NCBI RefSeq assembly: GCF_036321535.1 | Contig: NC_087436.1 | Location: 9,300,001-9,364,000, forward strand | Source: Camelus dromedarius | Taxonomy: Eukaryota | Direction of reading: 5' to 3' | Length of the DNA stretch: 64,000 nt | Shown here: piece by piece, positions 50,948-64,000 of the stretch | Layout: each line of letters opens with the position of its first letter | Numbering within the stretch: the first letter of the stretch is position 1 | Notes under the pieces: model-generated | What the model saw: only the letters and a program-made list of their open reading frames with translations | What the model was told of the DNA's origin: nothing | Databases searched by the model: none | Position numbers and translations under genes: made by a program

Positions 50948-53085
50948 GCATGCTGGCAGGAAATCTGACTTCATACAACTGGGGAGTCAATCAGGATCCA
51001 AACCAGGAAATAAATTTCACATAGAGACCCAGAAAAACATAGAAATAAGGCTTTGGAAACATTTTGTAACCACCCAAAACTGAAAAAAAAAAAAAAAAAA
51101 AAGACGGGATAATGTTTGGATGTGCATGCCCACCCCCACCCCCCCGCCCCTCGCCGCCCTGGAAATCGTCTTTCTGTTGACCCAGGTTTCAGTCAATTCA
51201 CGTTGACTAATAGCCTACTACATCAATAGTGACATATCACTAAACTCTGGTGCACATTTTGGACCAGAGGAAACAGCTTTGAAATTATTTCCAGGATTGC
51301 CTGACTACCTCCATGTCCCCATCTTTTAAATATTTTATTTCTGGTGTCAGCACAAATGTTATCAATTGCTAAAGGAAAATTCTCAAGGGTAAACACCAGG
51401 TCTATATTTGATTCATTCCTCAGTACTTTTTTTTTTTTTAATATCATGTAGCAGAGTATGCTGCACCTTGTATGCATTCAAATGATCTAAATCTTTTATT
51501 TTTAATTTAGGAAGTGAAATAAACCTGATTTCACTCCTCACTGGATTTTTCCTTATTAGACAAGTGAGTCAAGCTGCTTCTGTCTGTGCCGGGGCTGTGC
51601 ACACACCAAAAATCATTGCTCCAACTCAGAGCACTCCAGATGGCTTTCCAATTGTGAAACCAGGAGTCTGGTCAGGCTTATCTCTTGGTGACACTTGATT
51701 CTGGGCTGCTGAGATATTTAAATGACTGGGCGCCATCCAAGGACACCTCAAGACATCTCATGTGCTCTATTTTTGATAATTCATATCATTTGTTGAAAAT
51801 AATATCTTATTGGGAATGGGGAAGAATCAATATGAAGTTGAAAATCATCTTAATTTCTTCCTCCAAGTGTTTTTTTCCAGATCATTCATAAAGATTTTTA
51901 AAAAGGCTGTTTCCCTGAGTTGGATAAATCACTAAAGAATGAATTGACAAATAAAAAAATCTATCTTTAACGTCCAATGTGCAAAAATGAATGGGAAAAA
52001 AAAGGACTATTGATTTCAAATGAAACTACCCATTTTAAGCAATTTATCACATTAAAAAAAATCACTGTATTTCAGAACTTTACAAAATAAGACCAGATAT
52101 AAACTCAAAGTTCAGTACAACACTGATCAATCTTTGACTTTTTCCAAAGTCTTTCAAAATCTAGAATCTGACAAAGACACTAATTTACATAAAACACCAA
52201 TATTTATTTTGACTCATTATGACATTAACCTGGAAAAGCAACATGATGATAATCATGACATATTTTTAATTAGCCGTCGTTATCTTTTGAAAGTCAGAAA
52301 ACTGATGCTTACAGAGGTTAATTATCTTAAAATAACCTCGCTTATCTCGGTCAGAATTCAAATTCTTATCTGTTTACCCCAAAGGCAAATAACATAGCTA
52401 GGATTCTGTTTCCCTTTTATCTAACTGATAAACATATATGTGACTGTCTTTTATTTAGCATGTACAAGTTTCAGAGAATAGTAACTTTTTATGTATAAAA
52501 TAGTCTTCATTCTTCGCAGGAACTCATGCATGATTATTCCTACAGAAAGCACTGGATACAGTATCTCCTACAATTAGTACTCAATGTTAGCTTCTCATGT
52601 TGCTAGTTTTATTCTGATTCTCTTTACCGTTTCTATTTTAGAGATTAAAAAACATGAACTCCATAGCCAAATAAACTCCCCCAAAGTTATACACATGGTA
52701 AGTGGCTGGGTAGGAATTTGAAAGCAGTGCTTTTTTTTTTTTTTTCTTGTTCTATTTAGTAGTATTTATCAAACCAGATCTGCCAAGTATCACGTGCACA
52801 CTTCCAAAATCATAGCATCCTGAAACATTCTTGTTCTCAGATCTTGAGTGTCCAGATAACAACATACAAACACCCTAATGATGTTTGGCCTCTAAATAAG
52901 ATCCTTTTGACATGATGTAAAACAGATTCCCTACCTCTCTAATCAGGTTTCGCAATTAATCTGATAACCCCAACAGCTTTGTTCCTGGGCATGTTATTTA
53001 CTTTTATGTACTTACCATACCACCAGAAATACGTCAGATTAAAAATATAACGTTAATTTCCATTTGTACAAAACGCTGAATGGCT

Positions 53086-53230
53086 TTTATGTTTGGTATC
53101 TTGTAATATCCTTTAATGAAAAAGAATATATGTATGTATATGCATGACTGGGACATTGTGCTGGACACTAGAAATTGACACATTGTAACTGACTGTACTT
53201 CAATAAAAAATAATGAAATAAAATAAAATA
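53086..53230 (+). mobile_element. Short L1 3' end with A-rich tail
   Basis: atcttgtaatatcctttaatgaaaaagaatatatgtatgtatatgcatgactgggacattgtgctg...cttcaataaaaaa. Confidence 0.85.
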
Positions 53231-54297
53231 TGTTAATATTTTCATATGAATTCTCACTGAACCCTTATAGCAACCATCTGAAAAACCCTGTGAGAAAAGA
53301 CACAAAATGTTTCACAGCATTCATCAAAGATGGACAATACACAAGATTATGCAGCTAGGAAGTGGCAGAGAAGCCACTAGTATTATTGCTTTTATATGTG
53401 ATCTTTTATATGTGATTCCCCTTTTTTTTTTATCTCACCACATTCTCCTGATCTCCTCACTGATCCTGCTTCACTCCTATTTCTTCATGTGCAGATTCTG
53501 GATTCAAAAAATGCACTAAGTTGTCTCAAAAACAGATGATGGAGTTCCACAGATATTTGACATTTTCTTCTGAAATTCTTTTCTTTTAATTTTTCTTCTA
53601 ATAAGGGACCACATTAAATACAAGAGAAGAAATAAAAATATTCAAAGAGCTCTTTTATTGCTAATCATTTGTTTCACAGTCACTGGAAAATAAAAAAAAA
53701 AATATGGTAAAACTTCTTTAAATTTTGGTGAGAAAAACCTCTTCTATGAAGTACTAGCAACTGTGGACACTGCTGGTCGAGTTTCCCTTTGGTGCATCCT
53801 TTTCCACCTATGGTGTTAAACACAGATGTTAAAAAGAAACACTATTGTGTTCATTTCACAATGGTATTGAAAGTAAAATTGCTAAAGAAATTGACATCCA
53901 GTGATCATTTCTAACTTGTGGTCAGTTAGACCTCTTGCCTCGCCACCATGTAATCTGTTAGTCTTACTTTCAGAACAATTAACATTTTTAGTCTTATATT
54001 TTAGTAAATTGAAAGTCCTGTCTTCACATGAAGAGTATATTATTTAAACTTAGTGTAATGCCATTTGACTTTTACATGGGAACTCATATTAAATAACATC
54101 TGTATGGAGTAGAGAAGAAATAATGTGAGTGTCAATTAGCTACTATTTTATTAATTCCCATTCATTTAAAATGTCAAAAGTAGAGGAAGCAGTTAATCTA
54201 AAGCACAAAGTTAAGTTCAAGAACCTAAGGACGTGTGATGTGATATTATTTAGAAAAAAAAATTGTATTATATAAATCTATAACAGTTTCTGCCATG

Positions 54298-54419
54298 ATT
54301 TTAAAACCTTTATTGTAAAAATTATAATGCTTTAATTTTCTTAACTCTTGGCTGATAAATTTTAAAACCTTTATTGTAAAATTTATAATGCTTTAATTTT
54401 CTTAACTCTTGGCTGATAA
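54298..54419 (+). repeat. Tandem duplication, 2 x 61 bp
   Basis: 54298-54358 and 54359-54419 differ at one base. Confidence 0.97.
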
Positions 54420-54789
54420 TTTTTTTAAAAGAACCAATTTTTTTTTCTAAAAACAAAAAAGCATTTTCTATTTTACTTAAATGTTTTATTTTGCCCAGCC
54501 TCTAAAATCAGCTATCCAAGAATGTATGTGAGCCCATGTACATTGGCTATGTATTCTTCATCATTTGTAGTATCTGTCCTATTCCAGGTAATGGCTTCTC
54601 CAAGTCTGAGTGCATATTTGATGTCCCCTGTGATTCAAGATTGAGAGTTAGAATGTCAGTGGACCCTGATTGGGTTGCACCATTTTTAATTTTGCTCTTG
54701 GAGTTTGTTTCTTACATAATTTTTTAAAGAAATGTTTGATCTGTAAATAGAAGATAGTATAATGAAGCCACTGAATGTAAACATTTTCA

Positions 54790-55514
54790 TATTTGGCCAG
54801 AATTCCCTTTTTGAGGACAAAAATATCACAGACATAGCTAAAGACATGGGTAATCCTCCACAAGACAGATATTCTCACCCATTTTCATTCGCAATAACTA
54901 CCCAGTCAAATCCAAGAGATCCAACAGCTTCCTTCATTTTTTCCCATCTCTTTCCCATTCAGTTTAGATTTGGCTGTTTCTGCTTGTATAACCCTAAAAA
55001 ACTCTTTTTAAAGAAATAGTCCAGCCACACCCTTGTTGTTATCCTCAGAATATGCTTTCTCACTCTTTGCAGTATAAATAGACTAACATTTTTTTTTTCC
55101 AATTATTGAATTCTGCTTCCTTTTTATTTGACCAGTTCTCCTTCAATTCATCTCTGTTCTTTCACATTTTCCTCCAAGTGGTCAGGAGGAATCACGGCAT
55201 TCCTTCTGCACTTTGCTTAGAAGTCTCCTCAGTTAAATATCAAATTTCATTACTCACACATCCTACATTCCACAAAACACTAGAACACAGTTCAGGCAAG
55301 TTCTTGGCCACTTTATTACAAAACTCATCTTTTCTATGGTTTCTAAAATTAAGTTCCTCATTTCCATTTGAGACTTCAATAAAATTGCCCATAACAAACA
55401 TACTCTGAGCATGCACCTCCAAACCTTCCAGCCTCCACCCATTACCCAGTTTCAAAGCCGCTTCCATGTTTTTAGGTATTTGTTACTAAGTACCCAACTC
55501 TCACGACCAAAATC
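54790..55514 (-). mobile_element. MaLR internal region (MLT1-int) 5' part
   Basis: The minus strand starts gattttggt..gagttgggt..gtaacaaatacctaaaaacatggaagcggctttgaaactgggtaatggg. ORF 55240-55467 (EAALKLGNG...CNKVAKNLPELCSSVLW) resembles the MaLR internal ORF. Confidence 0.85.
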
Positions 55515-55859
55515 TATGTTAGTCAGCTTGAGCTACCATAACAAAATACCATAGATGGAGTGACTTCAGCAACAGAAATGCATTTTCTCATAATTTCAGA
55601 GACTAGAAGTTCAAGACCAGGGTAGTAGCATGATCTGTTGCGGTGAAGGCTCTATTCTTTGGTTATGCTGTCTGGTTGTGTCCTTACATAGTAGAGAGGG
55701 TGCCTCTTTAAGGGCACTGACCCCACCATGAAGACCCCACCCATGCAACCTCATATAAATCGAATAATCTCCCAAATGCCCCAGCTCAAAATAACATTAC
55801 ACTGAGTTTCGGTTTTCCAAGGTAGGAATTTGGGGGTGTTCACAGTTCAGTCCATAGCA
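55515..55859 (-). mobile_element. MaLR 5' LTR (MLT1A-like)
   Basis: ttagtcagcttgagctaccataacaaaataccatagatgg...cagttcagtccatagca directly abuts the internal region. Confidence 0.9.
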
Positions 55860-55899
55860 CTGAGTACTGGGCAATGGGAAATAATTAGACTTTTTTGAA

Positions 55900-57660
55900 A
55901 TTGTACAGTCTCAAACTTACAAAGGTTTTTGGACACCAAAACACCACAGTGGTCCACCAGTCAGACGAGGAGTAGATGACGTTCAAGTGATCCATCTAAG
56001 TTTTGTCTAGAGTTTGTCTCTCAGTGAGTTGAATGCATTCTTGGTCATATCTTGTGATTATCCCAATTCTGAAATGCTTAATAGGAATAGATATACACAT
56101 CAATTGTCAAGATTCTTCTGCTAGTTCCTTAATGATAAGCATGAAGCTAATCTCGCAGTGAAAACCCAACAGAAGCCACAAGAACTTCCTCCACCTGCCA
56201 AAACAGTACATCAAAGCAGACCCGCATTCCTGGGAGAATTACAGATATCAGGGCCACCACCGAGGTCTTGACAGAGGTAGGGGGTAGAAAGCCCTATCAC
56301 TTCACATTTGATGTGCCTCTTGAGCTGTGCAGAGAAGACATGCGTTTCAGATACTGATGGTGAATTATTATAAACTTAAAGAGGTGAAGACCTCTTCACA
56401 GTCACGGTTGCTATTCGGGATACAGTTTCACTGCTTGAACAATGAACGCAGCTGGTGCGTGTACTCAGCTACTGAACATGAATACATTTCTTTTTTCTCT
56501 GTGTCTGTGAATGAATATCATCAGAAACAATTTGCTTTCAGCTGGTATGCTCAGCCATACACCTTCACTAACTATCGTGCCTCAGGGCTGTATCAGCCAG
56601 CCAGACCGACAGCATCATCTAGTCACAAGGAATTCTGTCACATCTCCAGTCCAATCAAGTTGGTGCATTAAATTGATGGTGTCATGCTGTTTGGACCCTG
56701 ATGAGCTGGAAGTAGCAACGACAAAAGGCACATTGGCATGACACAGGCATGCCCGAATGTGGGAAACAAACCCACAAAACACAGCATCCCGTCACTTAAT
56801 GAAATTTCTCAGTGTCCCATGATCTAATGGGCAGGGTTTGGAAAACTATTTTTTTAAAGTGGAGAATAGTAAATATTTTAGGCTTTGCCACACATTTCTA
56901 ATACAACTACTCAATTCTGCCATTATAACGTGAATCGGCAGGGGCAATATGTAAAGCAATGAACGTGGCTATTTTTTTTTTTCAATAGCTTTCTCTCAAA
57001 AATAGGATTGGGTTTGATCCACAGGCTGTGGTTTACTGACACTTAGTATAGAGCATATTGAGAAATCTCTTCAAAAGAAAGAATATTTTGCTGAATCTGC
57101 TCCTTCCTACAATTGAGAATGCCTTATGGTCTTTTTTGCATCTTTGAGGCAATATATAATTTATTTCTGTGCACTCCCGTCACCCATTTTGGAGTGGCCT
57201 GATGGTTTTGAGGAGTCCCACGGCAAGTGAGTAGCTGCTCCAGTTCTGGACGGCCATGGAGTTGGCTTGGCCTCGTGGGCCACATGACTCAGGAGATTCA
57301 GTGCTGCCTGGAGTCTCTATGGCAGAGAGAAATGCCATCATGAAGCCTTTGAGAAGTCACCGTGGGTGAATCACAGCTCAGCGGAACACAGACCCTTAAG
57401 GTTACGGGACAGGGCTCTCCCATCCTCTGTTGAGAAGGCTTAGTACTAGACTGCAGGAAAGACTAAAGGCTTGGTCAGTGACAAGAAGACACAAGGCAAC
57501 CTGAGTTGCCCATCATAAAAAGTAGCATCTTACCCAGCAAACCATCCATTTGGGTATTCTCGTGGTAGACACCCCTTTTTAATGAAGATGAACTATATGT
57601 GAATGACATCAAGAATGACCTGAAAAAACAAGTCACATGCCCACGTGACGCAGGTATGGT
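55900..57660 (+). mobile_element. ERVL pol remnant (protease, RT, tether), split by MER58
   Basis: ORF 56327-56671 contains MVNYYKLKEV and HQKQFAFSWYAQPYTFT (ERVL RT HQKQFAFSWQGQQYTFT), followed by VPQG in another frame. Upstream IGIDI and RIPGRITDIRAT. Confidence 0.88.
56832..57045 (-). mobile_element. MER58-like hAT-Charlie MITE
   Basis: cagggtttggaaaactatt...atagtaaatattttaggctttgc...caactactcaattctgccatt...ggctgtggtttactgac. Confidence 0.8.
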
Positions 57661-57734
57661 TCAACAGATAAGAAGTGGACCCCAGACAAAAATCCATATA
57701 TTTGATTCTGAGATTGGCAGCAATTATTTTGGTA

Positions 57735-57870
57735 TCTTGTCATAATTTACCACATTTTAGAATAAAATGAGCAAGTTTAGATGACATCTCAATACAAATC
57801 TAGTAAGTGGTAGAGTTGGAATTTAAAATAGGTTTGTCTTACTCAAAAGCCTCTATTATTAGTGATTATA
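57735..57870 (-). mobile_element. MIR fragment
   Basis: ctagtaagtggtagagttggaatttaaaataggtttgtcttactcaaaagcc. Confidence 0.65.
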
Positions 57871-59619
57871 CCAAAATTGCCTCTGTGTTAATATAAACTA
57901 AGGTTTAGAACTGGGATCATTGTTATGACATTCTCACAATTGATATCCCATCTTTTTGCTTTAAAGATTACTTTGATATTTATATTTAGTTGTAAAAATA
58001 TATTAAATATTCAGTGGAATACATGGCTTATAAGCAATCATTTTTTGCAATGTCATCCCCACCCTGTTCTTAAAGTGTAGATTTAGATCCAACTTTCCGA
58101 CAGCTTATATGTGTGTGCATTTATGTGTGTGTGTGGTCTTTGTTTATATGTACTTATATAGGCTTATATATTGTTTTTCTGGTTAACAAGAAGCATGTAT
58201 GATAAAATTTCTGAGTCATTTAATTACCTCAAGAAGTATTTACACGATTTTGGAAACTGGACTTTTTTAAACACAAAATTCTCTGGCTCAAGTTTCTTTT
58301 CATTAAAAGTTTCTAATGATTTTTAATCACTATAGAGAGACCTCTGACTTTGTTGTAATGTTTTTGTTTAATGTTGGTTTTTTGAGGGCTCAGTGACTGC
58401 AGAATTTGTTCATGATTAGGATAATGTTAAAACTTTTCTTTATAGAACATTTCTTGTTTGTATAATTTATTTATTTTTGCTATAATCTTATGATACTGTT
58501 TTTCTAGTATTTCTCATTTTTTAAGAACAATCAGCATATATTTTCCTTTCATAATTTATCGTTCATGCAGTTTTTCCTTTTGTAACCCTGTTATCTTTTT
58601 ATCTCAGCATGCCCTCTTGAACTTTCAGTTTTCTTATGACTTCCTGCCTTTTTAAAAATTAAAATTAAGTTTGGATTTTTTTTTTTTTTGGTTTCTATTG
58701 TAAATGATTTCCAGAGTTATGTTTTTCAATTGACACAGGACCTGAAGGATGACCTACTGATCCTGTTTCTGCAGGAATTTTTTCTATAAATCACATGCTT
58801 GGAAACAGTCTACCCAGAATCAGTGTTGAAACAGAAAGGATTTGTGGGAAATCACACATCTTTCATCTCCTGACCTATCTCTTGAGTGATGTTTTAATTC
58901 ACTTCTTAGATCTACAATTTCATGTTTGCAATTCCTATTAGCCAGTCATCATTTATCAAGCACTGTCTAATTTTACTGAGATGAGATCTTTGCATCTTCA
59001 CAGTTTCTGGATCTCTGCCAGGGAGAAATGATAGATTTTTTTGTGTGTGTGCAACAAAAAACCCCCAGGATTGTATGGTTCCTGATGCATTTCCTGTTTA
59101 TAATTTGCTCACAGCATTTTACTCAAGTGGCAGGAATGTGGAAAATCAAATGCATAGCAGTGTGCCCTCCACAGTCTCCTGACTCCTCCTCATTGCATGA
59201 CTGCTTTGATCCTCTAAAAATTCTTAGTAAAGAACAGAAGTCATTACTGCATTCCCCTCAGAAGCAAAACCTATGAATTAAGATGTTTCATATGTTTTCT
59301 GGTTGGAACACCCAAGGTTTGAGAGCCTAGAGACAGAGAGCATGCATAAGACACAGGTAGGGGAGTGGAAGGGAAATAACCTTACTTTCTTTCCATCGAA
59401 CAGTGTTTCATACATCTAATCAAACTCAGATCTATCATTCAGTCACTGTGCAATTAAATGATCCCATAGAGATTGAGGGACATTGGAATTACTCTTAGAT
59501 CCAGACAACAGAACGCATGACTCACACAATCGCAAGTCATCCCACCTGAACTTTCAGCAGCGTTTGTAAAGAGAGATTGGCATCTTAGTCTTGAAACCCT
59601 TTTCTTTTCAAAGTTAGAC

Positions 59620-60350
59620 TCCAGAATACCTTTCTCAGTTCTCATGCCTCATCTGTTGCTCCTTTTCAGTTCACTTTTTCTGGGTCACTTGCGTCGCTGC
59701 GACCTGTTAATGTTGTATTTCAGCAGGGTGAGTGCTAACATATTTCTCTTCTCTCTGTAACTTGACTCTTGATGGGATCTTAGCCTATTTTATTGCTCTA
59801 CTATGTATAAATACAGTTCCAATCCTATTTCAAACTCTGTACTCTTGATTTATATATGTTAAAAGTTATATACAACTCTACATCTAATTGTCATCTGGTC
59901 GTCATTAGTAAGATTTCCAAAACCTAAGTTTTCTCACAGACATTCAATTTGGATAAAGGGCAACGACATATTTTGGCTCACATCACGATTCTTAAGGTCA
60001 TCCTTTTCCTTTTTTCAGAACTCCCACCTCCACTTAATATACCACCAAATACGCATAGCTCTACCTTCAAGATAGACCCAGAATCTAACACGTACTGTCA
60101 TCTCTAATGCTACTACCGTATGCAAGCTGCCTTTCACGTCAGCCACTGCAATAACCTCCTGACTGTGTATCTCCCTTATCTCCCTGAAATTAACTCTCCA
60201 CCCAGGAGCCTGAGAGCTCTGTTTCTTTTATTTTAACATAAGGCACAATACATCACACCACTGGTGAGATAAAACTCACCAATAATTTTCCATCTCCCTG
60301 TATTATAGCATACACATGTGGCTTATGATGGTCTACAGGTAGCAACATTT
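59620..60350 (+). mobile_element. L2 remnant
   Basis: ctctaccttcaagatagacccagaatctaac...ctgcaataacctcctgactg...ctctccacccaggagcc. Confidence 0.7.
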
Positions 60351-60599
60351 CACTGCTTCTAATAAAGTGTGGAAACCTCATTTCTATTTAAGACCTTTTA
60401 CTATCTCCAGTTTTAAATGCTGTCTTGAGGATCATATAGAATTTTATTTTCATTCCAGTAATCAAGTATGACTTAAAAATCATATACTTACATGCTCATC
60501 TATAAACTTGTAAGGAGCATTTTATATAAGAACTCACTTAAAATTCAAGAAAGGGTCTCTTGTTTGGACCCATACGATACGACATGAAAAACACCTTTA

Positions 60600-61140
60600 G
60601 CTAGTTTTTAAGGGGAGGCCTGCTATTTACAAATTTTCTTCATTTTTCTCTGCAAGAAAATGCTTTTTTTTCTATGTTTCCCTCCTGAAAGATAATTTCA
60701 CCCAATATAGAATTCATGGTTGACAACTGTTTTATTTCAGAACATAAAAATAATCATGCCACTTTCTTCTGGCCTCCATGGTTTCAGATGAGAAACCAGA
60801 TCTCATTTGAACTGGATTTTTCCCCCACAAAAATATATATTGTTTCTCTGACAGCTTTCAAGATTTTATTTTTGATAAACAACAAAGACCTACTGTATAG
60901 CACAGGGAATTATATTCAATTTTTTGTAATAACATATAATGGAAAATAATCAAAAGAAAAAATATATATGTCTGTATATGTATAATTGAATCACTTTGCT
61001 GTACGCTTAAAACTAACATGGCAAAACAACTACACTTCAATAAAAAATAAAACTGAAATTTTTTTTTTGTCATTAGTTTTCAAAAGTGTAATTATGATGC
61101 ATTCTGGTGTGGTTTTCTTTGAGTTTATCTTGTTTGTCAC
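60600..61140 (-). mobile_element. Old L1 ORF1 remnant, interrupted by a younger L1 tail
   Basis: tgaaagataatttcacccaatatagaattc...ttcttctggcctccatggtttcagatgagaaa...gctttcaagatttt. Confidence 0.7.
60874..61052 (+). mobile_element. L1 3' end (artiodactyl type)
   Basis: gataaacaacaaagacctactgtatagcacagggaattatattcaa...cttcaataaaaaataaaa. Confidence 0.9.
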
Positions 61141-61388
61141 GTAAATTTTGAAGACATAACTGCTAGGGAACGACCTATTTATATGACATAGTACCACCAT
61201 TGGTTTGATAGGAATAAGATCATGAAAATGGTAATGGAGAGATCAAAAAGGATGTCAGAGGCAGTGTCATATAAAATGTTAATAAATTCCACATCAATAA
61301 AGTGACTTACTATAGATCAAGAGGTATTTTAAAATTACAGACTGAAATATGAAATTTGAAAAAGAAAGGTTAAACAAGAAATAAATGG

Positions 61389-62160
61389 TGTGGACAGAAT
61401 TCCTATTGTATAGCCAAGAATTTGGCTGGTCTTTGTCTCTGGTTCCTGGGAGGGAGCTTCCAAATCTCCCAAGTGATGGAAAGGTCTTTGTTATTCGTGG
61501 TCTGTTCTAATAATGAATGCTAATGATGGACCCCTAGACAGTTTATTCTAAAAAGGTGATTCAGGATGGGGGCTGGCCATTCCAGAAAGACCAACCATGT
61601 GATTAGAAGGTTGGGACTTTGAGCCGTTTGATATCAACACAACATTCAGGGAACGAAAGGGGATACAGACTGAATTCAATCCCATGGCCAAAGATTTAAT
61701 CAATCAAGTTTATGCAATGAGACCCCACTAAAACCTCCAGCCACCAAAGCTCAGGTGGGCTTTGCTGTGGAACAAGAGCCTGTGTGTGTTGCTACATGTT
61801 GCTATGCGAGAAGGGTGACCAGTTGTTGGGGACATAGGAGCTTCATGTTTGGAACCCTCCCAGACCTCACTCCAAGCATCTCTTCTTTGGTTGACTCTGA
61901 TCTGTATCTTTGTTGCTATGAAGAGACTGCATTTGTAAGTATAGTACTGTCAGCAAATTCTGTGGGTCATTTTAGTGAATTATTGGACCTAAGGGAGAAG
62001 CAGGAACTCTCCCATTTGTGGCCAGCTGTCCAGGACTGTGGGTGCCTGGGAACCCCAAACTTGCAGCTGTTGTCTGAAGTAGGGCGGTCTTGTAGAGAAA
62101 TGTCCTTAACTTGTGAAGTCTGGCCTAACTCCAGGCGGTGACCCAAGTCATTGTGACCTA
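61389..62160 (+). mobile_element. MER21-like LTR
   Basis: ggttcctgggagg...ggggctggcc..ccagaaagaccaaccatgtgattagaaggttgggactttgagcc...atggccaaagatttaatcaatca...gaaccctcccagacctc. Confidence 0.8.
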
Positions 62161-64000
62161 GTTATTGATGGCATTTTTGTCAATGTTATTAGAATAAATC
62201 CTGAGGTCGCATTTTTCCATATCTGCAGACCAAGGAAGATTTCTTAGTAATTCACATTTTTTAAATTTTGCATTATAGCATGTACTTTTTATCTTCTATT
62301 TTTAAGGAAATTTGCCTTAAATGTTGCTTGAGAGTATAATAAAGAATAAATTGTGTCTGCAACAATCTTTAACATGTATTTCATAATTTATATTACATGC
62401 TTTTTTTCTATTTTCAGTTAAGCTTAGGTTTTCAGTGGTGGTAAATGGCCGATAGACACAAAGCGTTTTTAATTTGAGTTTGAAGGTCTGCTTACATGAA
62501 CTGAATTGCATTGTGAGACATAATCTTTGTATTTTAATTAATTAATTAACATATATATGTATGTATGTCTGTATGTTTATTTTTGTGTGGTGTGTTCCAC
62601 ATTGCATTACCTTAGGTTCTTATTTTTCTTAGTATTAGCTTTTAGGGGGGGAGTAGAATAGTACTTTTACTGCAATAATTTAGAAGAGAATTTTCTAAAA
62701 TGTTATTCATTCTGCAATTTGACTGTAATTGTGGTGGGGGTTGGAGGCATTGATTCAAAGTAGAATTTGAAGATGTATTATGAACAGTGATGCCCTGGAT
62801 CTTTTTGTATTAAGGTCATGATTAGGGCTGGAATGCTGAGGTTGGTGTCACAGCATAATTCCCAATGGATTCATGCTCGAGAACTATGGAAAATAGGTAG
62901 ATGATAGAGTAAAAAATAAAAATAAATAAATACAGGAAAGAATGTCTGAGTAAAACTGTATAAGACAAGGTACAGCACATACTTCTTGTGAATGTCTCTA
63001 AATCTCATGGAATGTAGTATCAAAAGAAAGATGCATTCTCCTGTACTTTGTCGGCTGCGGAGGGACACAGCATGAGGACCGCTGCCACCTCAAGGCATTT
63101 CTGGGGCTGTTGCAAAGGGGATGACACCTGCAGCAGCAGGAGAGACGCCCCAGTGCTCAGTACAGCAGTGACAGCACCTGTCAGAGTCTGTACTTCCCAA
63201 GGCAGCATCCGTAAGCGCCTAACAGCACAGTGAAGATGCTGACAGGGAGAAAGACCCTCAGGAGAGCGCCTGTTCCATCAGGTAGAACCCTGCAGTGCCT
63301 GCGGAAAAAATGGTCAAACCAGCAGGGAGCTGGCAGGTTACAGCCCCCAGAAGTCCGTGTAAAAGGCGAGCAGGGCACCTCGTGGCCCTCCAAAAAAGCC
63401 CTGAAGCATGAATAATAGAGAAATATCTGAGGGGAAATATGAAGGATCCTAAGAACCTCAGTGATAAGGTGCAGGAGTTCATGGATTGTGGAAGTAAAGC
63501 ACAGACAGTTGAAATCTGGGGAAATTAAGATGATGTGTCCTTAACACTTTTTAAATGATTTTTGCTATGAGATAGTAAACTTGTAATTGCCAAAGAATAG
63601 ATGGTTTCTTAAACAAAATATATTTAAGTCCTTCAATAATTTTCTGAGCAGCTGTTACCGCTGACTCATAATTTCTGAAACACATTTTAAAGTATAACGG
63701 GAAATATTTGAAAAGTTACATTATGGAGATGAAGCAAAAACTTCGCCATTGCTTTAAAGTCTTACCATCGCCCAGGAAGAATGATGAATAATTTATCTGG
63801 AGTAAATCCAACAATTTTCTGTAATGTACATAAAACACTCTTATGAAAATGTCTCCTCCTTCAGGGAGAAGAGATTTTCTTTGCTTTTTCATGCAACACA
63901 AATGTTTTGGAGACACGATTCTGAAAAAGATGTGGTCCAAGGGTTCGTCTTTGATAAGCCCAGTCCTCAGGTTGTAAATGAGCTGTGCACCAAGAGTTCC

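Noticed and set aside
54298..54419. CRISPR-like or regulatory repeat array
   Set aside because: There are only two adjacent units with no spacers, in a eukaryotic context.
56327..56741. Domesticated retroviral gene
   Set aside because: The ERVL RT motifs are split across frames and the region is interrupted by MER58, consistent with neutral decay.

Overview
This is AT-rich mammalian genomic DNA, most likely from a camelid: it carries two tRNA-Ala-derived SINEs of the camelid Vic-1 type plus artiodactyl-style L1 3' ends. The window looks intergenic or deep-intronic and is dominated by nested transposon fossils: L1 of several ages, L2, MIR, MaLR/MLT1 LTRs and internal sequence, ERVL pol remnants, a solo ERV LTR, a MER21-like LTR, MER58 and Tigger1. 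I recognise no intact host gene, RNA gene or CRISPR array; almost all listed ORFs are repeat-derived or random. The stand-out structure is at 10954-12245. Both termini of a Tigger1 DNA transposon, with TA target duplications, enclose about 760 bp of antisense beta-tubulin coding sequence in place of the transposase, which suggests Pack-MULE-like host-gene capture by a mammalian Tc1/mariner element. Other notable items are a 5'-inverted (twin-primed) L1 with a TSD, an ORF1/ORF2 internally deleted L1 embedded in an older L1, a near-perfect 61-bp tandem duplication and a few weak splice-site-bounded exon candidates. Repeat subfamily names come from recalled consensus similarity rather than a search, and boundaries of old repeats are approximate.
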